NCBI RefSeq assembly: GCF_001194135.2
Contig: NC_068996.1
Coordinates: 54,774,969 to 54,815,523, forward strand
Reading direction: 5' to 3'
DNA from: Octopus bimaculoides
Taxonomy: Eukaryota
Length of the DNA stretch: 40,555 nt
The notes below the pieces were generated by a model. That model made no database searches. It had not been told where the DNA came from and worked only from the letters and a program-made list of their open reading frames with translations. Below, in pieces: positions 9,830 through 20,458 of this stretch; within the stretch, counting starts at the first letter, position 1; each line of letters begins with the position of its first letter. The translations under genes were made by a program, and so were the position numbers.

Positions 9830-10965
9830 AACTTTTAACAGGAAACTATACATGCAGGTTAAAGGTGCTGCCATTGGTGTCGGTGTAGCTGGAGATGTGG
9901 CCAGCCTCTTCTTGACCTGGTGGGACAGAAAACTTAAATAATCCTTAGCAGAACAGTCCATAACTCCTTTACTTTACTGTAGATATGTCGACGACATTAG
10001 TATTCTTGTTAGGACTAACTCTAGTAACAATAATGTAGTCACCGAGAGGACCATACTGAACTTTTTGTTAGAGACTGTGAACAATAGAGTGCAGCTCCTC
10101 CACTCCTATTACATGAAACACATAGCTTCGAAATATGTTGTTCACAAGAACCCAGCTTTGTCACACAACATGAAAATTAACATACTGATAGAAGACTTAG
10201 TTAGGATAATGAACAACGTATCCCCACTATGCGGACCCTATGAAACAAAGAAATATGTACAGAACTTCATGCACCGCATGCAATTCTCTGGATATGATCA
10301 GAAAGGTAGCAGTTGGGTATACAGGGGTGCTAGAAAGCAGTTAGATAACATTGTATGTAATGAAACTAGTGGTACCTGCCCCAAGTGTAGAAGTAAAGGC
10401 TGGAATAGAATACAAAGAGTTTGTGACAAAGCAAACAGGGTGAACATGTGGTACAAGACCGACAAATATCAAGGAGTGATGTTTGTACAGGCCATAGCCC
10501 ATGGAGAACTAGCCTGTAGATTTAGGAAAGCTCTGAAGGAGACCAAACTCAACATTAAGATCATTAAAAAACCAGGGAGTTCCATCAGATCACAACTATG
10601 TAGGACGTACCCCTTTGAGAATACCATATGCACCAATGATAACTGCATGGTATGTAGGATTAGCCCTGGCATTAACTGTAGAAATAGAAACGCAGTCTAC
10701 AGCATAAGGTGCATAGAGGGTGCTTGTAAAGACAAGAACATGATATACATAGGTGAGACATGTAGGAGCATTACAGAAAGACTAAATGAACATTTGAGAC
10801 AATATGACTCCAAAACAGTCCTCCATACTTTACCAACCTGCCAAAGACCAAGATGGAGGCAACCTGGGTCAGCTTGACATCTACATTTTATCCAAGACTG
10901 ACAGACCCAGTACTCGGACAAATACAAGAGTGCATCCTCATAAATGAAACATCCCCAGTACTAAA
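9830..10965 (+). pseudogene. Penelope-like element RT + GIY-YIG endonuclease ORF, disrupted
   Basis: In-frame LYMQVKGAAIGVGVAGDVA...YCRYVDD (RT, one TAA stop), linker CTNDNCMVC, and NAVYSIRC...IYIGETCRSITERLNEH (GIY-YIG). Frameshifted tail ...INETSPVLNRK; apparent internal deletion in the RT. Confidence 0.88.
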
Positions 10966-11344
10966 TAGGAAATATATGTAGTAGGCAGTCATATCCCTAT
11001 ACCCACAGTTTATATATATGTATATATATATATATGCAGGTAGAATAATTAGTGGCCTGTTACGTAGATGTATGTATGTATATATGTGTATGTAGGTAAA
11101 TGGATATGGATGTAAACAGATGGATAGGTACATAGGTAATATGAACAGACATGCACACATACATACGCAAATGAAGACTAAAACATATCACAGTATACAC
11201 ACACACTTCACTTCACACAAGGACACACATCCATACATAACAGATGCAGTACATATTCACAAAAGCCATACACAGACACACTCAGGCATGCATACATAAG
11301 GAGACAGATCTATACACACGTATATATATGCATACACTCACATG

Positions 11345-11581
11345 TACACATACATGCATACATACATACATACATACATATGTGTATACGCACATATACT
11401 GACCCACACATGCGCACAAACAAACAAAAAGAGCGCAGCTTGGATAACAGACAGAGTCAACGACCATTGAAAAGGTTGCAAGATGCAACGAAAATTTTAG
11501 AAAAAATAAATAAGTAAATGAGTGAAAACTTAACCAGTGTGTGTGTTAAATAATAAGGCACTAAAAGAGAATGACACTCCC
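11345..11581 (+). repeat. Right arm of inverted repeat (3' UTR/pLTR of the Penelope-like element)
   Basis: Pairs with 9535-9780; cut off at 11581 by an RTE-tail insertion. Confidence 0.8.
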
Positions 11582-11920
11582 CTGACTGACTGGCTCCCAT
11601 GCTGGTGGAATGTAAAAAGTACCATCTGAACGTGGCTGGTGACTGTACCCCCTGACTGACCCCCATGCCAGTGCCACATAAAAAAGCACTATCTGAGCGT
11701 GATCAATGTCAGGCCCACCTGACTGGCTCCTGTACCAGTGGCATGTAAAAGCACCCACTACACTCTTGGAGTGGTTGGCATTAGGAAGGGCATCCAGCTG
11801 TTGAAACCTTACCAGATCAGATTGGAGCCTAGTGCAGCCACTGACTCTCCAGACCTCAGTCAAACCATCCAATCCATACCAGCATGGAAAACAGACGTTA
11901 AATGATGATGATGATGATGA
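11582..11920 (+). mobile_element. RTE-type 3' tail repeat with subrepeats
   Basis: aagcacccactacactcttggagtggttggcattaggaagggcatccagctg...acgttaaatgatgatgatg. Confidence 0.8.
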
Positions 11921-12296
11921 CTTTGAAAGTGTAAAAATGAAAGATAGCAATTAGCTGAAACGCAACACAAGCAATATGAATGAACTTATAAATTTGACTG
12001 TTGATTATTCTATATATGTATTCTCCATTTCCTTTGAAATTCTTAAACTTAATTTTCGCCTATATCGAAAATGATCCAAATCTCCATAGCAACAACTGGA
12101 ATTTCAGAGGTGTAACGTACTAATATCAAAGAAGAACCAACAGTAAACACTAGTACATACACACATGAAAAATCTCCAGTATCGTTAATCGATATCAGTG
12201 CAAAACTGGTGGACACTTGGATAATATATCCCTAAAAAAGAACAACTTATTTCTATACAGACTTATCTGTATATATATCTATATCTATATATATAT

Positions 12297-12575
12297 CATC
12301 ATCATCGTCGTTTAACGTCCGCTTTCCATGCTAGCATGGGTTGGACGATTTGACTGAGGACTGGTGAAACCAGATGGCTACACCAGGCTCCAATCTTATT
12401 TGGCAGAGTTTCTACAGCTGGATGCCCTTCCTAACGCCAGCCACTCAGAGAGTGTAGTGGGTGCTTTTACGTGCCACCAGCACGAAGGCCAGTCAGGCGG
12501 TACTGGCAACGGCCACGCTCAAAATGGTGTATTTTATGTGCCACCCGCACAAGAGCCAGTCCAGGGGCACTGGCT
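12297..12575 (-). mobile_element. RTE-type 3' tail repeat (young-looking copy)
   Basis: catcatcatcgtcgtttaacgtccgctttccatgctagcatggg...; near-identical to 17052-17136 and to the reverse complement of 29290-29472. Confidence 0.85.
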
Positions 12576-12579
12576 TCTT

Positions 12580-12700
12580 TATTGCCCACAAGGGGCTAAA
12601 CATAGAGGGGACAAACAAGGGATTAAGTCGATTACATTGACCCTAGTGCGTAACTGGTACTTATTTAATCGACCCCGAAAGGATAAAAGGCAAAGCAGAA
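12580..12700 (-). mobile_element. Fragment of a second tRNA-type SINE family
   Basis: gattaagtcgattacattgacc...ggtacttatttaatcgaccccgaaagg...ggcaaag; also at ~25490-25670 (-) and 35670-35850 (+). Confidence 0.65.
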
Positions 12701-12714
12701 CCCATTGTGTGGCA

Positions 12715-13000
12715 CCAGACTGACCAAAGCCTTGTGAGTGGATTTGGTAGACGGAAACTCAAAGAAGTCTGTCTTATACGTGTGTATTTGTGTTTGTCCC
12801 CTATCATTGCTTGACAACCAGTGTTGATATGTTTATGTCCTGTAACTTAGCAGTTCAGCAAAAGAGACTGATAGAATAAGTACTTGGCTTAAAAAATAAG
12901 TCCTGGGGTCAGTTTGTTCGACTAAAACCCCTTCAAAGCATAAAAATTCTTGAAGGTGGTGCTCCAGAATGGCCACAGTCCAATGACTGAAACAAGTAAA
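12715..13000 (+). mobile_element. CORE-type SINE body and tail
   Basis: gaccaaagccttgtgagtggatttggtagacggaaact...gactgaaacaagtaaaaga. Confidence 0.8.
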
Positions 13001-13761
13001 AGATATATGCCTTCCATGTTCCCAGCTCGCTTCTCTACATTATATTCTTTAAGTCTATCAAACAGGAATTTGAAACTGAATACTTCTGGGAATTTCTGTA
13101 TGTCTTTGACCTTGGAATTATTACAGAATGTATTCAAAATGAGATTAATATGTAAACTTAACAGCTGCTAATCTATAGCTATGGTAATCTTATTAATGTG
13201 TAGCCAAATTGTATATTATTTTGATGTTATCGTAATAACAAATAAAAAGATTAAAATATTCTTTTGTTAACTTTGTTCACAATAATCAGCAGGTTTAGTA
13301 AGTAGAACCTTGTCTGTGGGCATATTTTTCACATGTTTGGTTCTCTGTGAAACTTTAACATTTGAAACAAGGATATGTGCTATTACAGAAGAAGAGAAAC
13401 TAATTTGACAGATTCCTTAATTATTTCCTGAATCGTTCGTGTTAAAAGTCAAAGTTCAGTTATGCCAGACAAGTGTCATAGTATTTTTAACAAATTTCTC
13501 AAATTGATTTCTCTCATAAAATACCAGTAAATGTTTCTTAGAGAATTATAAAATAAAACCCAAAGTATCTACAATGAAATATTATTTATATATGTTTTTA
13601 AAATTTACATTAATAAAAATGAATCAAATACATCTCTCAACTATTTGATAGTCATTGAAAATACATCATTTATAACAGCTTGTTCAGAGTATGCAAATGT
13701 GTCATATTGATTATTAAAAAACAATTATAAGCAAAATAAGTTTTAGCTGTCTGTAATTTAA

Positions 13762-13984
13762 CCCTTTCACTACCGTATTTATTTTGAGATGCTTTGTGTT
13801 TCTTTCAATTACTTTAAATATAACAAAGAATTTAATTATCATTAAGCTAGTGTTAGGAACATAAATTGTGACTAAGGTTTGGTGGAAGATTTTAAATCAA
13901 AACTTATGAAAACAAGACATTTGTAATCAGAGCCAGGGGTGATTTCAGCCAGGGGTGATTTCAGCCAGGTTGGTAATGAAAGGG
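13762..13984. mobile_element. piggyBac-type MITE (223 bp)
   Basis: TTAA TSDs at 13758-13761 and 13985-13988; TIR CCCTTTCA(C/T)TACC, 13 bp with 1 mismatch. Confidence 0.8.
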
Positions 13985-14169
13985 TTAATCATTGTATAGA
14001 AAGTAAAATATAGCCGGATGGCATGTGAGAAACATGTGCAAGAGAGTTGTAAGTAAAGTTTTGAGCAACGGTATTTATTCTCCATGGTTCTGAGGCTATA
14101 ATGCAGAGTTTAGGGCTAAGGAACTTTTAGGTTTTAATAAGTTGGTTGTCAATACTGAATCAGTGGTAA

Positions 14170-14350
14170 TCATCATCATTTAACATCCATCGTTCCATGC
14201 TGGCATGGGTTGGACTGTTTGACAGGAGCTGGCCAGCTGGGGAGCTGTACCAGGCTCCAATGTCTGTTTTGGCATACTTTTTACAGTTGGATGCCCTTAC
14301 TAACACCAACCACTTTATAGTGTGGACTGGGTGCTTTTTAAGTAGTACCA
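14170..14350 (-). mobile_element. RTE-type 3' tail repeat
   Basis: catcatcatttaacatcc...ccatgctggcatgggttgga...ggatgcccttactaacaccaaccact. Confidence 0.75.
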
Positions 14351-14779
14351 GCACTGTAAGGAGCATATGGTTGCAACTATTTCATGTCAATGGATGTGCT
14401 TGGGCTACCCCCTTGATTTCAAACCAAGTGAGACCAATTACTTTCCACGCATCTTTTCCAGGTCTTCTTATGTCATCCAACTTTCCTCTTTCCTTCAGAT
14501 TGCCAGTCTAACACTCGTCTTGCAACGCTGCTTGGAGGTCCCCTTACAGTGTAACTGATCCAATCCCATTTCCTTTTCAGAATTTTTTGTTTAATGGGGG
14601 TTTGGTTTGTTTTATCCCAAAGACTTCTGTTTGAAATTTTGTTCGGCCACCAGAACTTGAGAATGTAGTGCTGACATTTGTTGATGAAGGTCTGTAGCAA
14701 CCTCAGCTGCTAGCCCTCATGGATTTCCAGCAATCCTTCTCAAGTCATGCAAATGAGCCCTTGCAAAGCCATTCTTTTA

Positions 14780-14980
14780 CTTGTTTCAGTCATTTGACTG
14801 CGGCCATGCTGGAGCACCGCCTTTAGTCGAGCAAATCAGCCCCAGGACTTATTCTTTGTAAGCCTAGTACTTATTGCATCGGTCTCTTTTTGCCGAACCG
14901 CTAAGTTACGGGGACGTAAACAAACCAGCATCAGTTGTCAAGTGATGGTGGGGGGACAAACACACAGACACACACACACG

Positions 14981-15035
<55 letters not shown>

Positions 15036-15119
15036 NNNNNNNNNNTACGGGGACGTAAACAAACCAGCATCAGTTGTCAAGTGATGGTGGGGGGACAAAC
15101 ACACAGACACACACACACG

Positions 15120-15177
<58 letters not shown>

Positions 15178-15312
15178 ACAGGCTTCTTTCAGTTTCCGTC
15201 TACCAAATCCACTCAAGGCTTTGGTCGGTCCTAGGTTATAGTAGAAGACACTTGCCCAAGGTGTCACGCAGTGGGACTGAACCCGGAACCATGTGGTTGG
15301 TAAGCAAGCTAC
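14780..15312 (-). mobile_element. Near full-length CORE-type SINE (with an internal assembly duplication)
   Basis: Reverse complement reads head (agtagcttgcttaccaaccacatggttccgggttcagtccc), CORE, microsatellite and tail. The segment ~14907-15035 is repeated at 15046-15170 across a 10-N gap. Confidence 0.85.
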
Positions 15313-15344
15313 TGCAACTTTTATTTTTTTCAGAGCTTCTTTGC

Positions 15345-16680
15345 AAACTGAAGGTGGGGATAATATGCCCTATTCATAAAGAAGGAAGCAGGGCAGGTGT
15401 TAAAACCCATAGTCTCTCTGACTGCTCCCATCAGCAAAGTTATAGAATGAATAGTCTGCTAGAAATAAATTGCATTCCTTGAAGAGAATGACTTGCTGAC
15501 TGGCACCCAACATGGTTTCTACTCAGATAAAAACTGCCTGACAAGGCCCTTGCAGCATTATGACTGGGTCCTGAAGCAGCTAGCCGACAACTCAAATGTG
15601 GATGTGATATATCTTGACTTTGCAAAAGCCTTTGGTAAAGTCGACCATGGTATGATATGTCACAAGCTGTGTGATCTCAACTAGATGGAAAACTTGGAGT
15701 ATGGCTACATGACTTCTTAAAAGATATAAGTTAGATAGTGGTGGTCAATGGAGCTACTTCTAAGGAAAGACAAATAATGAGTGGTGTTCTACAGGGCACT
15801 GTCTTGGAGCCACTGCTATTCATAGTGACCATTTCAGACATGCAGTCAGCTGCTCAGATAGCCACACTTGCTAACTGTGCAGATGATACAAAAGTCTCTC
15901 AGAGGATACTGAACCCTGGAGATGTTGCACATCTGAAACGAGAGTTGGACGTAGGTGGGGTGAGGAAAATAAATAACATGCAGTTTAATGCAGAAAAAGT
16001 CCAAGCCCTGCACTACCAGCACACAAAACTGAATGAAAAGCAGATAGGATACACTGGTCCAGGAGGAATTGCAACCCCTGAATCAAAATCAGTGTATGAC
16101 CTGCACATCGACATGAGTAATGATGCATCTTTCCAGGTGCACATTACTAAGTTTGCAATAAAATGCAGACGCTAGGCCAGATGGATCCTTCGAACTTTTA
16201 AAATAAGAGAAAAGGAAACTGTGATACTCCTCATGATGGAGGACTTTCATTCTCAGTCACCTGAATTACAACTCCCAATTGTGGTCACCAAACAGTGTAA
16301 AATTAACAATGGAACTCAAGGTAGTCCAATGAAACTACATAAAGAAGATCAATGCAATGCAGCATATCAACTACTGGGAGAGACTAAAAGAGTTAAGACT
16401 CTACTCCCTGGAGTGAAAGCAGGAAACATGCAGTAATATACATCTGGAAAATCCTAGAAAAACTTGTGCCAAACTTTAGCATTGTCAGATACATAAACAG
16501 ATTGTTGGAGTACCACTGAATAGTAGTAAAAACCCCAAATTTGCCATCTGGATACAGAACCAGATACCGCAACAGCTTGGGCTTCAAAGGCCCATAACTC
16601 TTAAATATCTTCCCACAAAGCCTGAGAGACCTGCATGGTATGGATGTAGGCTTTTTCATAACATAACTGGATCTCCTTCT
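15345..16680 (+). pseudogene. Decayed CR1/L2-type LINE reverse transcriptase and 3' region
   Basis: TQHGF...DVIYLDFAKAFGKVDHG, SGVLQGTVLEPLLF, CADDTKV, NNMQFNAEK; broken by stops and frameshifts. Confidence 0.88.
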
Positions 16681-16724
16681 GGCTCGTTCACCTGCTCCCA
16701 CTCATGCTGCCATACTTGCCCCTA

Positions 16725-16945
16725 CCTCTTCTGATTACACCAATCTGATCTGGCAGAGTTTCTACAGCTGGATACCCTTCCTGACGCCAACCACTATGCA
16801 AGTGCTGTGGGTGCTTTTTACGTGCCACTGGCACAAGGGCCAGTCTGGCGGTACTGGCAACAGCCATGCTCAAATGGTGTTTTTTTTACGTGCCACCTGC
16901 CCAGGAGTCAGTCCAATATTTTGTTCACATGTCACTGGCACGGGT
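16725..16945 (-). mobile_element. RTE-type tail repeat fragment
   Basis: ccaatctgatctggcagagtttctacagctggatacccttcctgacgccaacc plus subrepeats. Confidence 0.7.
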
Positions 16946-17136
16946 GCCAGGAAGGCTTCACACAGACACACATCTTCAGCTTTATATATTAAGATATCTT
17001 TTGTATATATATATGTATATACCTGTGTGTGTGTATATATATGTATGTATGTCGTCGTCGTCGTCGTTTAACGTCCGCTTTCCATGCTAGCATGGGTTGG
17101 ACGATTTGACTGAGGACTGGTGAAACCAGATGGCTA

Positions 17137-17379
17137 CACATGAGCCAGTCCAGGGGAACCAGCAACGATCTCGCTCGAAAATCCTACAACGGCCCCGCAC
17201 AAGAGCCAGTCCAGTGGCATTGGCAACGGTCTCGCTCGAAAAATTTCTTGTGTCACCCGCACAAGAGCCAGTGCAGGGGCATTGGCAACGATCTCACTCG
17301 AAAGATTTCATTGTCGCCCGCACATGAGCCAGTACAGGGGAACCAGCAACGATCTCGCTCAAAAATCCTACAACGGCCC
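17137..17379. repeat. ~61-bp minisatellite with apparent 184-bp higher-order period, running into a gap
   Basis: Units start caca(t/a)gagccagt at 17137, ~17198, ~17260 and 17321; unit 4 resembles unit 1 more than units 2-3. Confidence 0.7.
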
Positions 17380-18486
17380 NNNNNNNNNNNNNNNNNNNNN
17401 NNNNNNNNNNNNNNNNNNNNNNNNNNNNNNNNNNNNNNNNNNNNNNNNNNNNNNNNNNNNNNNNNNNNNNNNNNNNNNNNNNNNNNNNNNNNNNNNNNNN
17501 NNNNNNNNNNNNNNNNNNNNNNNNNNNNNNNNNNNNNNNNNNNNNNNNNNNNNNNNNNNNNNNNNNNNNNNNNNNNNNNNNNNNNNNNNNNNNNNNNNNN
17601 NNNNNNNNNNNNNNNNNNNNNNNNNNNNNNNNNNNNNNNNNNNNNNNNNNNNNNNNNNNNNNNNNNNNNNNNNNNNNNNNNNNNNNNNNNNNNNNNNNNN
17701 NNNNNNNNNNNNNNNNNNNNNNNNNNNNNNNNNNNNNNNNNNNNNNNNNNNNNNNNNNNNNNNNNNNNNNNNNNNNNNNNNNNNNNNNNNNNNNNNNNNN
17801 NNNNNNNNNNNNNNNNNNNNNNNNNNNNNNNNNNNNNNNNNNNNNNNNNNNNNNNNNNNNNNNNNNNNNNNNNNNNNNNNNNNNNNNNNNNNNNNNNNNN
17901 NNNNNNNNNNNNNNNNNNNNNNNNNNNNNNNNNNNNNNNNNNNNNNNNNNNNNNNNNNNNNNNNNNNNNNNNNNNNNNNNNNNNNNNNNNNNNNNNNNNN
18001 NNNNNNNNNNNNNNNNNNNNNNNNNNNNNNNNNNNNNNNNNNNNNNNNNNNNNNNNNNNNNNNNNNNNNNNNNNNNNNNNNNNNNNNNNNNNNNNNNNNN
18101 NNNNNNNNNNNNNNNNNNNNNNNNNNNNNNNNNNNNNNNNNNNNNNNNNNNNNNNNNNNNNNNNNNNNNNNNNNNNNNNNNNNNNNNNNNNNNNNNNNNN
18201 NNNNNNNNNNNNNNNNNNNNNNNNNNNNNNNNNNNNNNNNNNNNNNNNNACTGGCACGGGTGCCAGGAAGGCTTCACACAGACACACATCTTCAGCTTTA
18301 TATATTAAGATATCTTTTGTATATATATATGTATATACCTGTGTGTGTGTATATATATGTATGTATGTGGTTTAGATATAGATTCAAGGTTGAATATGGT
18401 ACTTATGCGTAGGCACCCGAATATCGTATCCCAAAAGGATAGGTGATCAAAATCAAAAAATAAGCAACACGGATTTCAAAGGTGAT

Positions 18487-18575
18487 TGCAGTGCGCACGT
18501 TTCATGCTACTTTAATTTATTTAAGTAATGCGAGCATTACCTTAAATGCAATATGAAGAGCAATCTTCAGCTGCA
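18487..18575 (-). ncRNA. Hammerhead-like fold with long stem II insert, cleavage triplet altered (GCA)
   Basis: Minus strand TGCAG-CTGAAGA-TTGCT...50 nt...AGCAT-GAAAC-GTGC-GCA-CTGCA; the insert holds its own hairpin (plus 18519-18547). Confidence 0.5.
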
Positions 18576-18774
18576 CGAAAATGCAGAAAAATTACTGTAG
18601 AAAAGACATATTATAAATGTGGCAACATTTCAAATCCAAGTAGGAGAGAGAATACATAAAAATCCAAATGTGAGGAAGAATAACATAAATCCATCTTGAC
18701 ATAGCCGAGTCTATATGTATGTATGTGTATATATATATTTGCATGTATGTGTGTTTATATATGTTTGTTATGTG

Positions 18775-18805
<31 letters not shown>

Positions 18806-19804
18806 ATGTATATCTTTTGTATATGTGTGTGTATATGTATATATGTGTATATGTATATCTTTTGTGTATATATATGTGTGTGTGTGTGTGTGTGTATGTA
18901 TGTGTTGTGGGGGAAGGGGTTATGTATATGTACCATTTTAAATTGCGCCAAGTAGAATTGCATCAGAATTGTTTTTTAATCTTCTTACATTATTCTTAGT
19001 ATGCATATTTTTTTCTTTTATTTTATATTCAATTCCATACATATTTACGGTTTGGCACAACACCTATATAAAGGTGGATGTAAACTTCTGGAGGTCAAGC
19101 TATTTATATTTCCCATGTTTGTGTTGTTATTGGTTGCCCTTGTAACATGTTACTGATGTTCTGACATTATTGGAAACATTGAAGATTTACATAACCAGCA
19201 ACGTCTTTCATTTCACAAAATTTGTGCTGGCCCAGCCAGTATAATGACAAATGGTATAGTTAGTAATATAAGAAATGTTACATTAGAAATTTCTGGATAT
19301 TTGTTGCATTTTAAAAGTGAGAAGGTGAATGCCTTTCCAAACCAATCACAGATGTAGGTGTTGTAGCCAAAGTTCTTAAGAGATAAATAACAGGTCTGAA
19401 GCAGTGAAAACAAAAAGAAAATTGGAAAAGATCAAATAACTGTGAGTGATGCCAGAATCGCAAGCAAGGATTTAGGCAAGATTTATCAAGCTAGGAAGGG
19501 GAGAAACTGTTAAGTTTATGAGATGCATGAAATGTTTTGAATAATAAAGCAGTATTTCTCCACAAGTTGTTCTCAGTAAACAAAAATCCTGATACTAAAT
19601 GTATTTTAGTAAAGTGGGTTTATTGTAGAAGTGAGTTATTAAGAGTAATGGACTGAAAAATTGCCAAGCTGTATGAAGTTCTTCCCTGCTAATGTTATTT
19701 GTGAGGAATATTAACAGTTCTTCTCTTGAAAGACAAAAGATAGCCTATAGCAAAACATGATCAAATAGTAATTAGCACTCTTGCATTCATTTTTCCTGTA
19801 CCTA

Positions 19805-20011
19805 CAAGGGTATGCTGAAAAGTTCCTGGCTTTAAGAGTCTCGTGAAAGACCTGGTTGGAGGCTCAACTTTCTGTGCTCTTCTGCAGGGATTAGAAATAC
19901 TGAAGGACCACTGCAATAACTGCATGAATCTAAGAGGGGAATATGTTTGATAAAACCATAACTAACTGATCCTCCTGTATTTTCTTTTATGCAAAACCAA
20001 GAACCTCCTTG
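19805..20011 (+). mobile_element. Mariner-derived short non-autonomous element
   Basis: TA|CAAGGGTATGCTGAAAAGTTCCTGGCTTT left end, partly deleted right end AAAACCAAGAAC..CCTTG|TA, and an internal NLRGEYV-like transposase end. Confidence 0.55.
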
Positions 20012-20415
20012 TATGATTCTTCCACTTCTTCTCTCCTTCAACTTTAGATAACTTTTCAGCCAGTTGGTTACTTATTGTATAGGATTTGAAAACCACATTT
20101 GTTTTGTTCTGTTCACAAAATATAGGAAAGGAAATGGTTCTGAACAATAAGTCGTTTTCTCCCTTGTCAACGGTATCATTACTAATCTGTAGTCCTCCCA
20201 TCCACCCAACTCATGCATCCCCCTTTTCCTCAACCCTTTCCCTACCTTTATCGATGTTGCCTACCTCCTTCTCTCACTTTCCCTATCTCCCACACACATA
20301 CACTTGCAAACCCCAATCCACCTCCCCACCTGCAACTGCTCCTGCTACCTGAGGTGTCACCTGATCACCTCATCACCACTGTCTATCTCCTTGGAGATGC
20401 CTCATTCACTATTCT

Positions 20416-20458
<43 letters not shown>

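Noticed and set aside
10065-10965. Selenoprotein-type Penelope ORF (in-frame UGA)
   Set aside because: The TGA at 10875-10877 follows a frameshift and the RT stop is TAA; no SECIS recognised.
12350-12380. CTGAGGA-CTGGT-GAAAC in the RTE tail antisense strand (also ~17110)
   Set aside because: No stem II can form between the two core halves, and there is no stem I or GUH site.
17137-17379. CRISPR-like repeat/spacer appearance
   Set aside because: Tandem diverged units without unique spacers, eukaryotic context, no cas genes.
16931-18367. Identical ~118-bp direct repeats on each side of the 870-N gap, LTR-like
   Set aside because: Contig-end overlap is more likely; the same pattern occurs at 14907-15170 and 35264-35336 across 10-N gaps.
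18592-18999. Stacked ORFs rich in Y/I/C/V/H/T
   Set aside because: Translations of (TA)n/(TG)n microsatellites.
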